Position numbers and translations under genes: made by a program
Source of the DNA: a virus
Virus genome (UHGV): UHGV-0201879
Length of the DNA: 64,000 nt
Direction: 5' to 3' (one strand)
In this document: one piece after another, positions 45,184 through 54,767 of the stretch
Position numbering within the stretch: the first letter of the stretch is position 1
Layout of the letters: every line of letters begins with the position of its first letter
The notes under the pieces: generated by a model
Told to the model about the DNA's origin: nothing
Database searches by the model: none
What the model saw: the letters and a program-made list of their open reading frames with translations, nothing else

Positions 45184-45275
45184 ATTTAGGTCAAGTGAAA
45201 AACCGCTTTGAGTCAACTGAAGACCGTAACAAATTCCACGGGGTTGTGGTAGCGGAACAACTCCAGACCTTTTAC

Positions 45276-45350
45276 GCTCGGTTAGTTTATATGGTAAAAC
45301 ACCATCCTTACAAGTTGGTGAAGTGGGTTCAAGTCCCTCACTGAGTACCA
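45276..45350 (+). tRNA. tRNA-Val(TAC)
   Basis: loop CTTACAA, CCA. Confidence 0.88.
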
Positions 45351-45351
45351 A

Positions 45352-45429
45352 GTTCCAGTATCCCAATTGGCAGAGGATGCAAGCTCAAACCTTGTATTAG
45401 TGACGGTTCGAATCCGTCTTGGAACACCA
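45352..45429 (+). tRNA. tRNA-Leu(CAA), short variable region
   Basis: GCAAG-CTCAAAC-CTTGT, CCA. Confidence 0.88.
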
Positions 45430-45434
45430 GTTTT

Positions 45435-45510
45435 GCAGGATTAGTTCAAATGGATAGAGCAACAGTCTACGAAGCTGTTAATAGGGGTTCGAGTCCCTTA
45501 TCCTGCGCCA
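45435..45510 (+). tRNA. tRNA-Arg(ACG)
   Basis: ACAGT-CTACGAA-GCTGT, GCCA. Confidence 0.92.
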
Positions 45511-45526
45511 ATTACTAGGTGGTTAC

Positions 45527-45760
45527 GTGCGTAAATTAATCATTGAGAGTCATGCAGATGCTGATAAGATTGAAACAGCAAAAGTTGGTGACACATCTTT
45601 CATCGTTGTTGGTTGGAAATGCGACCCATACGAAGTTATGAAGGTTGTTCACGGATTTGCTGGTTGTCATTTCAATCAGATTATCTTTGAAACACTATTA
45701 CCAGAAAACAAAGACACCTGTAATAACGCATATCTGCTTACAAGAGTTAGGAATCACTAG
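45527..45760 (+). CDS. hypothetical protein inside tRNA array
   Basis: 77 aa, AGGTGG RBS, GTG start. Confidence 0.65.
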   Translation: MRKLIIESHADADKIETAKVGDTSFIVVGWKCDPYEVMKVVHGFAGCHFNQIIFETLLPENKDTCNNAYLLTRVRNH

Positions 45761-45834
45761 GGGATTAGTTTAAACGGTTAAAACACCGGACTTTGACTCC
45801 GGTAATGAGGGTTCAATTCCTTCATCCCCCACCA
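45759..45834 (+). tRNA. tRNA-Gln(TTG)
   Basis: CCGGA-CTTTGAC-TCCGG, CCA. Confidence 0.9.
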
Positions 45835-45840
45835 AACAAA

Positions 45841-45919
45841 GCTCCATTACTCCAATTGGCAGAGAGGCCAGACTTAAAATCTGTGTTATGTATCGGTTCG
45901 AATCCGATATGGAGTACCA
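45841..45919 (+). tRNA. tRNA-Leu(TAA), short variable region
   Basis: CAGA-CTTAAAA-TCTG, CCA. Confidence 0.88.
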
Positions 45920-45956
45920 AAGTCATTTCTAAGGGTTCTTATGAGAGTCCTTAAAT

Positions 45957-46032
45957 GTGACTTTATCATAAATGGCAATGACCCACACTGTGAATGTGGT
46001 CTATACGGGTTCGAATCCCGTAAGTCACCCCA
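45957..46032 (+). tRNA. tRNA-His(GTG)
   Basis: CCACA-CTGTGAA-TGTGG, C73, CCA. Confidence 0.9.
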
Positions 46033-46038
46033 AATTAT

Positions 46039-46114
46039 AGCCCAAGTAGCTTATAAGGTTAAAGCGCGTGTCTGAAAAACATGAGAATAGGGTTCAATAC
46101 CCGCTGGGCTACCA
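46039..46114 (+). tRNA. tRNA-Phe(GAA)
   Basis: CGTGT-CTGAAAA-ACATG, CCA. Confidence 0.85.
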
Positions 46115-46133
46115 AATCTAATAAGGTGGTAAT

Positions 46134-46868
46134 ATGAAACCGATGACAGACCAAGGTAAGAATGTTTTCAACCTTCTTAAATCTGGTAACGGATTCTCTA
46201 ACCCACTCATTACAGGTGCTGCCGTTCTAGGTGGTACAGTTGCTGTCTCTTCAGGATTAGCAAAAACCTTATCCTCTGTATCCGACCCTACAACAAAAGA
46301 TAAACTTATCGCTGCTGGATTGACAGAGGTTGTCTTGACAGGCTTTACACAGACTCTGGGTAAAAGCACAGAAACTACAAAGACCCTGACTGACTATGGT
46401 CAGAAGTCTATTGATGAGTTCTCTTCAAGAATGCAAGTCGCTAAGAGCTATCAGAACGTAATGGGTGCTGCTGGAGAACAAACCGGATGTACACCTTTCA
46501 GTGGTGTTATGGGGGTTGTTAGTGAAGCTGGACACAAAGTTATGGACACTCTGAATAGTGCCCTAGACAGTGCTAACCAGACCCTGCAAGAGCTACAAGA
46601 TGCTATTGACAAAGGGGTTGGAGAGATTGAAGAGTTAGCTTCAAAAGCTGCTGCTGAGATTGAAGAAGCCACTGCTAAGGTTGAAGAGTATGTGTCCGGT
46701 GTCGAGACAATGATTGAAGATGAGTTAGCAGAGATTGCTGACTACTTGAAAACGAATATCCACGGGTTCTTAGCAGGTATCTTACCAGACTGGTTTGATG
46801 ATGCTTGTAAGAGTGGAATCATTGACTCCATTGCAACACCTGAAATGAAAGAAACATTAAAATCCTAG
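46134..46868 (+). CDS. helical/coiled-coil hypothetical protein inside tRNA array
   Basis: 244 aa, AAGGTGG RBS, hydrophobic N-terminal segment. Confidence 0.8.
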   Translation: MKPMTDQGKNVFNLLKSGNGFSNPLITGAAVLGGTVAVSSGLAKTLSSVSDPTTKDKLIAAGLTEVVLTGFTQTLGKSTETTKTLTDYGQKSIDEFSSRMQVAKSYQNVMGAAGEQTGCTPFSGVMGVVSEAGHKVMDTLNSALDSANQTLQELQDAIDKGVGEIEELASKAAAEIEEATAKVEEYVSGVETMIEDELAEIADYLKTNIHGFLAGILPDWFDDACKSGIIDSIATPEMKETLKS

Positions 46869-46960
46869 GAAGATTAACCCTAAAAGGTAAGGGAGCAGTT
46901 TGCTAAACTGCCAGTAGCTGAGAAATCGGTGTACCAGTTCAAGTCTGGTATCTTCCTCCA
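46868..46960 (+). tRNA. tRNA-Ser(GCT)
   Basis: GCAGT-TTGCTAA-ACTGC, long arm, CCA. Confidence 0.9.
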
Positions 46961-46965
46961 AACAT

Positions 46966-47041
46966 GCGTTGGTGACAGAAATGACTATGTGCTTGTCTGC
47001 AAAACAAGATTATGTGGGTTAAAGCCCCATCCAACGCTCCA
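46966..47041 (+). tRNA. tRNA-Cys(GCA)
   Basis: CTTGT-CTGCAAA-ACAAG, U73, CCA; atypical T loop TTAAAGC. Confidence 0.8.
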
Positions 47042-47073
47042 AATAAACATGCTACATCTCTCTCTGAAATGAT

Positions 47074-47123
47074 GCCCTGCTATGAGTAATCCTGAACAGA
47101 TTATTTTTAGACAGGGCTTTTTT
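47074..47123 (+). terminator. probable terminator of tRNA array
   Basis: GCCCTG...CAGGGC extended hairpin + T6. Confidence 0.6.
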
Positions 47124-47248
47124 GCAGTGTTATACTGTATAAGAAGCCTTATAGAGTATGTCGCTGGCATACATTGTGGTTTCTCCTTTGGCGGCCTCTG
47201 TGCCGTCTTTTTTGGGAGATTCCTTAATTTTTATGATGGAGAATTACA

Positions 47249-47458
47249 ATGAGCGAAAACGTATACAAAGACCTTTACGAATCACGTAAAGAGGTAGAAA
47301 ACCTACAAAACATCCTGTTTACCGTAGCAAAAAGACTACAGAGAGCCACAGGGCTGGAAGATGACAAAGCTACTCTTGAAGCTTTGTTACATGCCGTTGA
47401 TGTTCAGTTCGGTGTAGAAACCGAAGAGGCTGCTGAAGAGTCTGCTGAAAGCGAGTAA
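47249..47458 (+). CDS. small acidic hypothetical protein
   Basis: 69 aa directly upstream of TerL, GGAG RBS. Confidence 0.75.
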   Translation: MSENVYKDLYESRKEVENLQNILFTVAKRLQRATGLEDDKATLEALLHAVDVQFGVETEEAAEESAESE

Positions 47459-47474
47459 ACGCTCTGGAGGCTTA

Positions 47475-49076
47475 ATGAATATCAACTACATTAAGCAGAA
47501 AAGAGTAGAAGATGTAAGGAAGGTCTTAGCTGGTGAGCTAGGGCTTTCCGAAGAAGTAAAAGCAATTATTAAATCTTTCGGAAAAGACCCTTCCAAACTC
47601 CTTCCTACTCAAATTCTGACACTACTTAGATATGACCCAGACCAAGTTCGATTAATCTTCAGACTCATGACTGACAAGAACTATGTCGCTCCCCAACCAG
47701 GCTCCCAAGAGACATTCCTGAATACTGACGCAGACTTAGTACTTTACGGTGGTGCTGCGGGTGCTGGTAAGACTGCTGCACTCTTAATGGACTCTTTAAG
47801 ATTCATTGAAGACCCAGACTACAACGCTGTGTACTTTCGTCGAAACACTACACAGTTACAAGGTGGTTTGTGGCCAGCAGCTAAGAAGCTGTTCAGTAAG
47901 TTTGGTGGCGTACCACATGAACAGAAAATGACTATCACATTCCCTTCTGGGGCTACTATCAAGTTTACCTATTTAGAACTTGAAAAGCACTCTGAAGGAC
48001 ACCAAGGTATTGAATACTCCGCTGTGTATTTCGACGAAGGAACACACTTCAGCGAGTCACAAATTACTTACCTGCAAACACGTCTTCGTTCTGGTGCTGA
48101 CGTTGACTCTTACATGAAGATTTCAATGAACCCAGACAGGGACCACTTCATCTATGACTGGGTAGAACCTTTCCTAGATGAAGAGGGATTCCCTGACCCA
48201 GAGAAGTGTGGAAAGGTGAGATGGTATGTCATGAACGATGGTGTCATGGTATCAGACTGGGACAGAGATGTAATCATCAACATGTTCCCACTCGAAGTCC
48301 CACAGACATACACATTCATCTCTGGAACCATTGATGACAACCCAATCCTAGATTTCCTTGAGCCTAAGTATAGAGGGAAACTGGAAAACAACACACCAGT
48401 AAACGTTGCAAGACTTCGTTACGGAAACTGGAAAGCCAGAGCAGAAGGCTCAAACTACTGGCAAAGACAATGGTGTGAGATTGTTGACAAAGTTCCTGAT
48501 GATATTCATTCAGTGAGAGCATGGGACTTAGCGGCGACTTTGCCGTCAGAAGTTAACCCAAACCCTGACTGGACTGCTGGTGTCAAGATGGCTAAGTCTA
48601 AAAAAGACGGTTGCTATTATGTGATGAACGTAGTAAGATTTAGAGATAGACCATCCGGTGTTGAAAAACAAATCAGTTCTACTGCTGAAGAAGACGGTAG
48701 ACGGGTTGGTATTTTTATCCCTCAAGACCCCGGTGCTGCTGGTAAATCATACGCTACATCACTCATCCGTAAACTAGCTGAAAAGGGCTACAGAGCCAGA
48801 GCTAGACCAACCAACAAAGATAAAGTCACACGTTTTGCAGGTTTCTCATCTGCTTCTGAAGCTGGATTAGTTAAAATCCTCCGAGGAAGTTGGAATGACG
48901 CATTCTTCCTAGAACTTGAAGGTTTTTGTGGTGACGGTAGAGGTAAGGATGACCAAGTGGATGCTACCAGTGACGCATTCAACAGTCTAAACGAAATCAA
49001 ACTGTTTAAGCCGCCTTCAATGGGAAGCCACACCGATATCAAGGTAGAGAACCCTTATGAGGGGCTTAGAAGATAA
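47475..49076 (+). CDS. terL: terminase large subunit
   Basis: Walker A GGAAGAGKT, Walker B VYFDE, MNP, RNase H-like WDLA...DDQVDA. Confidence 0.95.
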   Translation: MNINYIKQKRVEDVRKVLAGELGLSEEVKAIIKSFGKDPSKLLPTQILTLLRYDPDQVRLIFRLMTDKNYVAPQPGSQETFLNTDADLVLYGGAAGAGKTAALLMDSLRFIEDPDYNAVYFRRNTTQLQGGLWPAAKKLFSKFGGVPHEQKMTITFPSGATIKFTYLELEKHSEGHQGIEYSAVYFDEGTHFSESQITYLQTRLRSGADVDSYMKISMNPDRDHFIYDWVEPFLDEEGFPDPEKCGKVRWYVMNDGVMVSDWDRDVIINMFPLEVPQTYTFISGTIDDNPILDFLEPKYRGKLENNTPVNVARLRYGNWKARAEGSNYWQRQWCEIVDKVPDDIHSVRAWDLAATLPSEVNPNPDWTAGVKMAKSKKDGCYYVMNVVRFRDRPSGVEKQISSTAEEDGRRVGIFIPQDPGAAGKSYATSLIRKLAEKGYRARARPTNKDKVTRFAGFSSASEAGLVKILRGSWNDAFFLELEGFCGDGRGKDDQVDATSDAFNSLNEIKLFKPPSMGSHTDIKVENPYEGLRR

Positions 49077-49088
49077 AAGGTGTAAAGA

Positions 49089-50552
49089 ATGGCAGAACTT
49101 ACGGATACAGATAACAGCCTACCACAATTCAGAATGGGTGAGGTTGGTAATCTAGGGTTAACCGTCAGAGGCGGGAGAATCCTACAGGAGCCTAGACAAT
49201 GTTTGAGGTTCCCTGAAAACACTAGAACTTACCAGTTAATGCTACGTGACCCAGCAGTAGCAGCCTCTGTAAACATTATCAAGATGTTTGTAAGGAAAGT
49301 AAACTGGAGATTTGTTCCCCCACAAGGAAAGGAACAAGAACAACATTACATTGACAGAGCAGCTTTCTTCAACTCTCTGATGGATGACATGGAGCATGAT
49401 TGGGCAGACTTTATCAACTCTGTAATGTCATTCTGTACTTACGGCTTCTGCGTTAATGAGAAAGTTTATAAGAAGAGACAAGGTAATACTGGGAAGTACC
49501 CTTCCAAGTTTAATGACGGTCTAATTGGCTGGGCTAAACTCCCAATCAGAAACCAGACAACACTTGATAAATGGTACTTTGATGATGACTTCAGAAAACT
49601 GAAGGGTGTCAGACAGAACCTTAAGAATGTCTCCCACATTAGCGCAGCATTAGGAAGTGGTGACTTACCTCTGACAAGAAAACTTCCTAGAAGCAAGTTC
49701 ATGTTATTTAAGTATGATGATGAGTACGGGAACCCAGAAGGACGCTCACCACTTATCAATGCTTATGTCCCTTGGAAGTACAAGGTTCAGATTGAAGAGT
49801 ATGAAGCTGTCGGTGTTTCAAGAGACTTAGTTGGTATGCCGAAGATTGGTCTTCCACCAGATTATCTGGATGCCAATGCAGAACCTGAAAAGAAAGCCTT
49901 CGTAGAATACTGCAAAACCGTTGTTAACGACATGATTGCTAACGACAGAGCAGGTATTATCTGGCCTCGTTTTATTGACCCAGATACGAAAGAAGATATC
50001 TTCGAGTTCTCTCTGGTATCAAGACAGGGTGCAAAGGCTTACGACACAGGAAGCATCATTGACCGATACTCTAAGCAGATTATGATGGCATTCATGTCAG
50101 ACGTACTCGCAATGGGTCAGTCTAAGTATGGTTCATTCTCTTTAGCAGATTCTAAAACGACACTCTTAGCAATGTCTGTAGATATCCTGCTTAAGCAGAT
50201 TCAGAACGTCATTAATAGAGACTTGGTTAATCAGACTTACACACTAAACATGTGGGATGATGAAGAACATGTCAAGATTATCTATGACGATATCGAAACA
50301 CCTGACTTAGAAGCTCTTGCAAGCTACATTCAGAAGACTGTTGCTGTTGGTGCTCTGGAGGTTGACAAAGCTCTTTCTAACAAACTTAGAGAGCACATTG
50401 GACTTGCCCCAGCTAATGAAGACGAACCTGTTGCAGAACATCTGTCGCCTAATACCCAAAGCCGTTCAGGTGATGGTTATAAGACTGCTGGTGAAGGTAC
50501 TGCGAAGAACCCATCTGCATTAGATAAAAGCACAGCAAATGAGAGCAATTGA
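49089..50552 (+). CDS. portal protein
   Basis: follows TerL; YG.P.G.SPL, GSFSLA (DUF935-like). Confidence 0.9.
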   Translation: MAELTDTDNSLPQFRMGEVGNLGLTVRGGRILQEPRQCLRFPENTRTYQLMLRDPAVAASVNIIKMFVRKVNWRFVPPQGKEQEQHYIDRAAFFNSLMDDMEHDWADFINSVMSFCTYGFCVNEKVYKKRQGNTGKYPSKFNDGLIGWAKLPIRNQTTLDKWYFDDDFRKLKGVRQNLKNVSHISAALGSGDLPLTRKLPRSKFMLFKYDDEYGNPEGRSPLINAYVPWKYKVQIEEYEAVGVSRDLVGMPKIGLPPDYLDANAEPEKKAFVEYCKTVVNDMIANDRAGIIWPRFIDPDTKEDIFEFSLVSRQGAKAYDTGSIIDRYSKQIMMAFMSDVLAMGQSKYGSFSLADSKTTLLAMSVDILLKQIQNVINRDLVNQTYTLNMWDDEEHVKIIYDDIETPDLEALASYIQKTVAVGALEVDKALSNKLREHIGLAPANEDEPVAEHLSPNTQSRSGDGYKTAGEGTAKNPSALDKSTANESN

Positions 50553-50554
50553 TA

Positions 50555-51058
50555 ATGGCAGAAACAATCACTATTTCAAACTCGACAAGAGTTCATGCTT
50601 ATAGGGGTGTTTTAGCTGTCACTGACGAATTAACTGTAGAGGCTGGCTCAAGGGTCAGCCTTTCAGGTAAGAAGAGTGATGGTGTTTTAGACACAGACTC
50701 ACTAACAATTTGCAGGTTTTTAGATGCTTCATTAAGCGGAAAGTTATTTATTTCCGGTTTTTGTGAAGATTATGTTAAAATTCCATTTGACAGTTCCTGT
50801 CTTTTGGGTGTAAAGTTGTATAACTGTGAGAACAAACGAGTTGATGTGGAAAGTGTTGGAGCAGCCTACATCACCATTCAAGATTCATTCCAAGCCCCCA
50901 TGACAGTAAATAAAGAGCATAACAGATTAGATTATCTTTTTTCACAAGATGATTACAAAATGCTTGTCAAAGGTAAAGTTTGTGATATGCTTGTAAGAGT
51001 GGTAGACAATTCCGGCAACCATTCAACAATCCTTAAAAGAAAAGTAAGGTTTAATTAA
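50555..51058 (+). CDS. virion/head-associated hypothetical protein
   Basis: ORF in head operon. Confidence 0.7.
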   Translation: MAETITISNSTRVHAYRGVLAVTDELTVEAGSRVSLSGKKSDGVLDTDSLTICRFLDASLSGKLFISGFCEDYVKIPFDSSCLLGVKLYNCENKRVDVESVGAAYITIQDSFQAPMTVNKEHNRLDYLFSQDDYKMLVKGKVCDMLVRVVDNSGNHSTILKRKVRFN

Positions 51059-51390
51059 TGGGAACTTTAACAACTGACGGAAAGAATAAAATTCTTGCCA
51101 CATTAACCCCAAACACAATCGTTTTACATAATGTAGACCCATCGGTAGAACCTACAGCAAATCAGGTTACAAAACCTACCCCAATCTTTTTCTCATCACC
51201 TGACAATGGATTAATTGCTTCAGAGGACACGGTAACAATTACTGTACCAGCGTCTTCTACGGTATCTCATTATTCTTTGTGGGATGAAGAAGGCAAATGC
51301 TTAGCAACTGGTCTTTTAAATAAGCCACAGTATTTTGCTGAAGAGGGTGCTTACATTATTTCTGCCATCTCGGTAGATTTAAACAAATAA
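51058..51390 (+). CDS. virion structural hypothetical protein
   Basis: 110 aa beta-rich ORF in head operon. Confidence 0.7.
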   Translation: MGTLTTDGKNKILATLTPNTIVLHNVDPSVEPTANQVTKPTPIFFSSPDNGLIASEDTVTITVPASSTVSHYSLWDEEGKCLATGLLNKPQYFAEEGAYIISAISVDLNK

Positions 51391-51399
51391 GGTGAAAAA

Positions 51400-52755
51400 A
51401 TGTCTACTAGAATTTTTAGACTAGCTGACAGAGTTTTCGGACAACCTTTACTTGCCACTGAATCATTAGCTCACTCCGTAGCGACTTATGTAAATAGTCG
51501 AGTTATGGGCGACGATATCCAAGCAGCAGTTAACTTTGAGAAACCTAAAGGCGATGCAAAAACTCGTTTAAAGGTTCATGATAACGTTGCAGTCGTCCCT
51601 ATTATGGGTGGATTAACTCACCGCATGTCATACATTGATGCAATGTGCACAGGTGGTTTGAGTTCTTACGAAGGTCTTCGTAAAGGCTTTGATGAGGCTT
51701 TGGCAGATGATTCCATTGATACCATTGTCCTGCATGTCGATTCAGGTGGTGGTGAGGCTTCAGGTTGTTTCGAACTTGCCAGACATATCAAAGATAGCAG
51801 AGGCAAAAAGAAAATCATCACTTATGTAGATGAGTTTGCTTGTTCTGCTGCATACGCACTGGCTTCTGCTGCTGATGAAGTAATTGCTTCTCCAGACGCT
51901 GATGTAGGTTCAATTGGTGTAATTATGATTCACCAAGAGATGACAAAGGCTTTCCAGAAGAACGGTATCGAGATTAACGTTATCAAGGCCGGACATTATA
52001 AAGGACTTGGTTCTCCTTTCCAAGAGTTAAGCGATGAGAGTCGTGTAAAACTGCAAGACAGAATCAATGACGTTTATAACACCTTTACAAGTTTCGTAGC
52101 ATCTGCAAGAGGTCTATCTGTTGAAGATGTTAAGGGAACACAGGCTGACGTTTATTCCGCGAAGGATGCTCTTGAGAGAGGTCTTATTGATTCTATCAAA
52201 TCTCAAGATGAGTTTTTAAATTATTTAGCAGGTTCTCAAGAGGAATCTTTGAGTAGTGCTGAAATTACTAAAGAGGTTTCAATGACCGAAGAAGAAAAGA
52301 AAGAGTTGGTTGCTCTACGTGAGCAGGTTGCTCAAATGAAAGCTCGTGAGAGTGAAGCAGCCCTAAACGACTTGACTAATAAGCTAAGCGCATCTGCTGA
52401 TGCCCTAGGTTTCGATGCAAGCCATGCTGCAAAGCTCCTGATGGAAGCTGGTATGGATAGCCCAATGAGTTCTCTGTTCATGAGCACTGTAGATGGTGCA
52501 CTCGTTAAGATGAATGAAGCAGAAGAAGCTCACAAAGCTGCTCTTGCTGAAAAAGATGCTGAAAATGCCAAGCTGAAAGAAACAGCAGGTAAGGTTGTAG
52601 AAACCTCTGTTGCTATGGAAGAGCTAGGTAACGATGGTGAAGCTGACGTCGAAGAAGAAAAAGACGTTCAAGACGAACCAACAAAAGCCTCGGCAGAAAG
52701 TGAAGAGCAACGCAAACTTGCACTTCGTAATGCCCTAAAGACTATGATTAGATAA
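51400..52755 (+). CDS. head maturation protease (S49) with scaffold C-terminus
   Basis: DSGGG, ACSAAY..AS, GSIGV, AG.YK; acidic coiled-coil tail. Confidence 0.92.
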   Translation: MSTRIFRLADRVFGQPLLATESLAHSVATYVNSRVMGDDIQAAVNFEKPKGDAKTRLKVHDNVAVVPIMGGLTHRMSYIDAMCTGGLSSYEGLRKGFDEALADDSIDTIVLHVDSGGGEASGCFELARHIKDSRGKKKIITYVDEFACSAAYALASAADEVIASPDADVGSIGVIMIHQEMTKAFQKNGIEINVIKAGHYKGLGSPFQELSDESRVKLQDRINDVYNTFTSFVASARGLSVEDVKGTQADVYSAKDALERGLIDSIKSQDEFLNYLAGSQEESLSSAEITKEVSMTEEEKKELVALREQVAQMKARESEAALNDLTNKLSASADALGFDASHAAKLLMEAGMDSPMSSLFMSTVDGALVKMNEAEEAHKAALAEKDAENAKLKETAGKVVETSVAMEELGNDGEADVEEEKDVQDEPTKASAESEEQRKLALRNALKTMIR

Positions 52756-52766
52756 GGAATAAGATA

Positions 52767-53147
52767 ATGCCTTTATACCAAGGTTACACTCACTTAGGTC
52801 AAAATGAAAGACTGAACGATATCATCCTGTGGGAACAAGTGACTCCAAATGGTCACTCTCGTAAGGTGTACGAGCCTAAAGCTGGTATCAACTACAGAAT
52901 TGGTGAAGTCCTGAAAGCGGATGGTACTAAAGTTGCAAAGGGTGAAGAAGCCCAAGCTGACTCTGTATGTATCGTTAACTTCTACAGCGACTTGAAACTG
53001 TCTTACCACGGACAACTGTACGTTGTTGGTATCTTCCGTGAAGCAGAGTTGAAAGACGCTCTAGTTCTGGAAGAAGGTGTAGACGAAGCTGCTGTTAAGG
53101 CTGCACTGCAAGCGAAAAGCATTGATTTCGTTCCTACTGGCCTTTAA
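52767..53147 (+). CDS. head decoration protein
   Basis: 126 aa between protease and MCP. Confidence 0.75.
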   Translation: MPLYQGYTHLGQNERLNDIILWEQVTPNGHSRKVYEPKAGINYRIGEVLKADGTKVAKGEEAQADSVCIVNFYSDLKLSYHGQLYVVGIFREAELKDALVLEEGVDEAAVKAALQAKSIDFVPTGL

Positions 53148-53177
53148 GAATAATAACAATAATCGGAGAAGCATTTA

Positions 53178-54287
53178 ATGCCATATACAAATTTCCCAAA
53201 CTCTAGCCGTTTCTTAGCAGACTTGACTGGTGAGATTCAGTCTGTACCAAATACATACGGCTACATTTCTGGACTGAACCTGTTCCGTGCTAACCCAATC
53301 ACTCAGACTACTTTCTTGATGGATTTGACTGACTGGGACGTTAGCTTACTGGATGCAGTAGACCGTACTGGTCGTAAGGCTGAAACAAGTGCGCCAGAAA
53401 CCCTGAAGCAAGTTGCCTTCCCAATGATGTACTTCAAGGAAGTTGAGAGCATCACTCCTGATGAAATCCAAGGTGTACGTGCTGCTGGTACTGCGAATGA
53501 ACTGACTACTGAAGCAGTTGTTCGTGCTCGTAAGCTGATGAAGATTCGTACCAAGTTCGATATCACTCGTGAGTTCTTGTTCATGCAAGCTCTGAAGGGT
53601 AAAGTAGTTGATGCGAAAGGTGTTCTGTACGCTGACCTGTACAAGCAGTTTGGTGTAGAGAAGAAGACTGTGTACTTCGACCTAGACAATCCAAACGCTG
53701 ACGTTGACGCTGCAATTGAAGACATTCGTATGCAGATGGAAGACGAAGCAAGAACTGGCTCTGTAATCAACGGTGAAGAAATTCACGTAATCGTTGACAG
53801 AACTTTCTTCTCTAAGCTGACTAAGCATCCTAAGATTCGTGATGCGTACCTTGCACAGCAAACTCCACTTGCTTGGCAACAAATTACTGGTTCTCTGAGA
53901 ACTGGTGGAAGCGATGGTACTCAGGCTCACATGAACACCTTCTACTACGGTGGTGTGAAGTTCGTACAGTACAACGGTAAGTTCAAAGACAAGCGTGGTA
54001 AGACTCATACGCTGATTAGCATCGACGGTGTTGGTGCAGATGTTGGTGTAGGTCATGCTTTCCCTAACGTTTCTATGCTGGGTGAAGCAAACAACATCTT
54101 CGAAGTGGCTTACGGTCCATGTCCTAAGATGGGTTATGCAAATACCCTAGGTCAGGAACTGTACCTGTTCGAGTACGAGAAAGACCGTGATGAAGGTATT
54201 GACTTCGAAGCTCACTCTTACATGCTGCCATACTGTACTCGTCCTCAGTTGCTGGTAGACGTTCGTGCTGACAAAGCTCCAGAATAA
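53178..54287 (+). CDS. major capsid protein (lambda gpE-like)
   Basis: position, 369 aa, TREFL..QALKG, S..LP.CTRP. Confidence 0.92.
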   Translation: MPYTNFPNSSRFLADLTGEIQSVPNTYGYISGLNLFRANPITQTTFLMDLTDWDVSLLDAVDRTGRKAETSAPETLKQVAFPMMYFKEVESITPDEIQGVRAAGTANELTTEAVVRARKLMKIRTKFDITREFLFMQALKGKVVDAKGVLYADLYKQFGVEKKTVYFDLDNPNADVDAAIEDIRMQMEDEARTGSVINGEEIHVIVDRTFFSKLTKHPKIRDAYLAQQTPLAWQQITGSLRTGGSDGTQAHMNTFYYGGVKFVQYNGKFKDKRGKTHTLISIDGVGADVGVGHAFPNVSMLGEANNIFEVAYGPCPKMGYANTLGQELYLFEYEKDRDEGIDFEAHSYMLPYCTRPQLLVDVRADKAPE

Positions 54288-54311
54288 TAATACCTTGCTA
54301 GGGGGTTATAA

Positions 54312-54767
54312 ATGTGTTACACAGGCGACCCAGCCAATAACCCTCTTGACAGAGTAAGGATTCTATGCACCGACACAAACAATGATGAAATTCTCGTTGA
54401 ACAGTCGGTGCTAGAATGGTTCTACTTAGAATCTGGCAAAGATGAGAAGAGAGCAGCCATCAAAGCTCTTAAATATTTACTCTTTCAAGTTGCCAAGATG
54501 GGAGATGAAAAGGTTGGTGGCGTTTATCTACGCAACTCTGCCAGATTCAAAGCTCTCAAATCTGCTCATGACGACTTAGTAAAATCTTCTGGAATCAGTG
54601 GAACCCCTTATGCAGGCGGTATCAACCAGTGTGATATCGACATGAGGAAGTTACAAGACCCTTGCGCTGTTAAGAAGTATACAGAATACGGTGATGCTCT
54701 ACGAGATGATTGTAGACAGAACCCTAAATTTATCAATACAGTTTTCGTTCACAAAAGAGACGAATAA
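54312..54767 (+). CDS. head-tail adaptor
   Basis: Y.GDP....DRVR....DT, PYAGGI; follows MCP. Confidence 0.8.
   Translation: MCYTGDPANNPLDRVRILCTDTNNDEILVEQSVLEWFYLESGKDEKRAAIKALKYLLFQVAKMGDEKVGGVYLRNSARFKALKSAHDDLVKSSGISGTPYAGGINQCDIDMRKLQDPCAVKKYTEYGDALRDDCRQNPKFINTVFVHKRDE

Noticed and set aside
42853..45366. ORF-track ORFs overlapping tRNAs (42853, 43947, 44498, 45037, 45093)
   Set aside because: They run across clear tRNA/ncRNA genes and lack RBS; spurious
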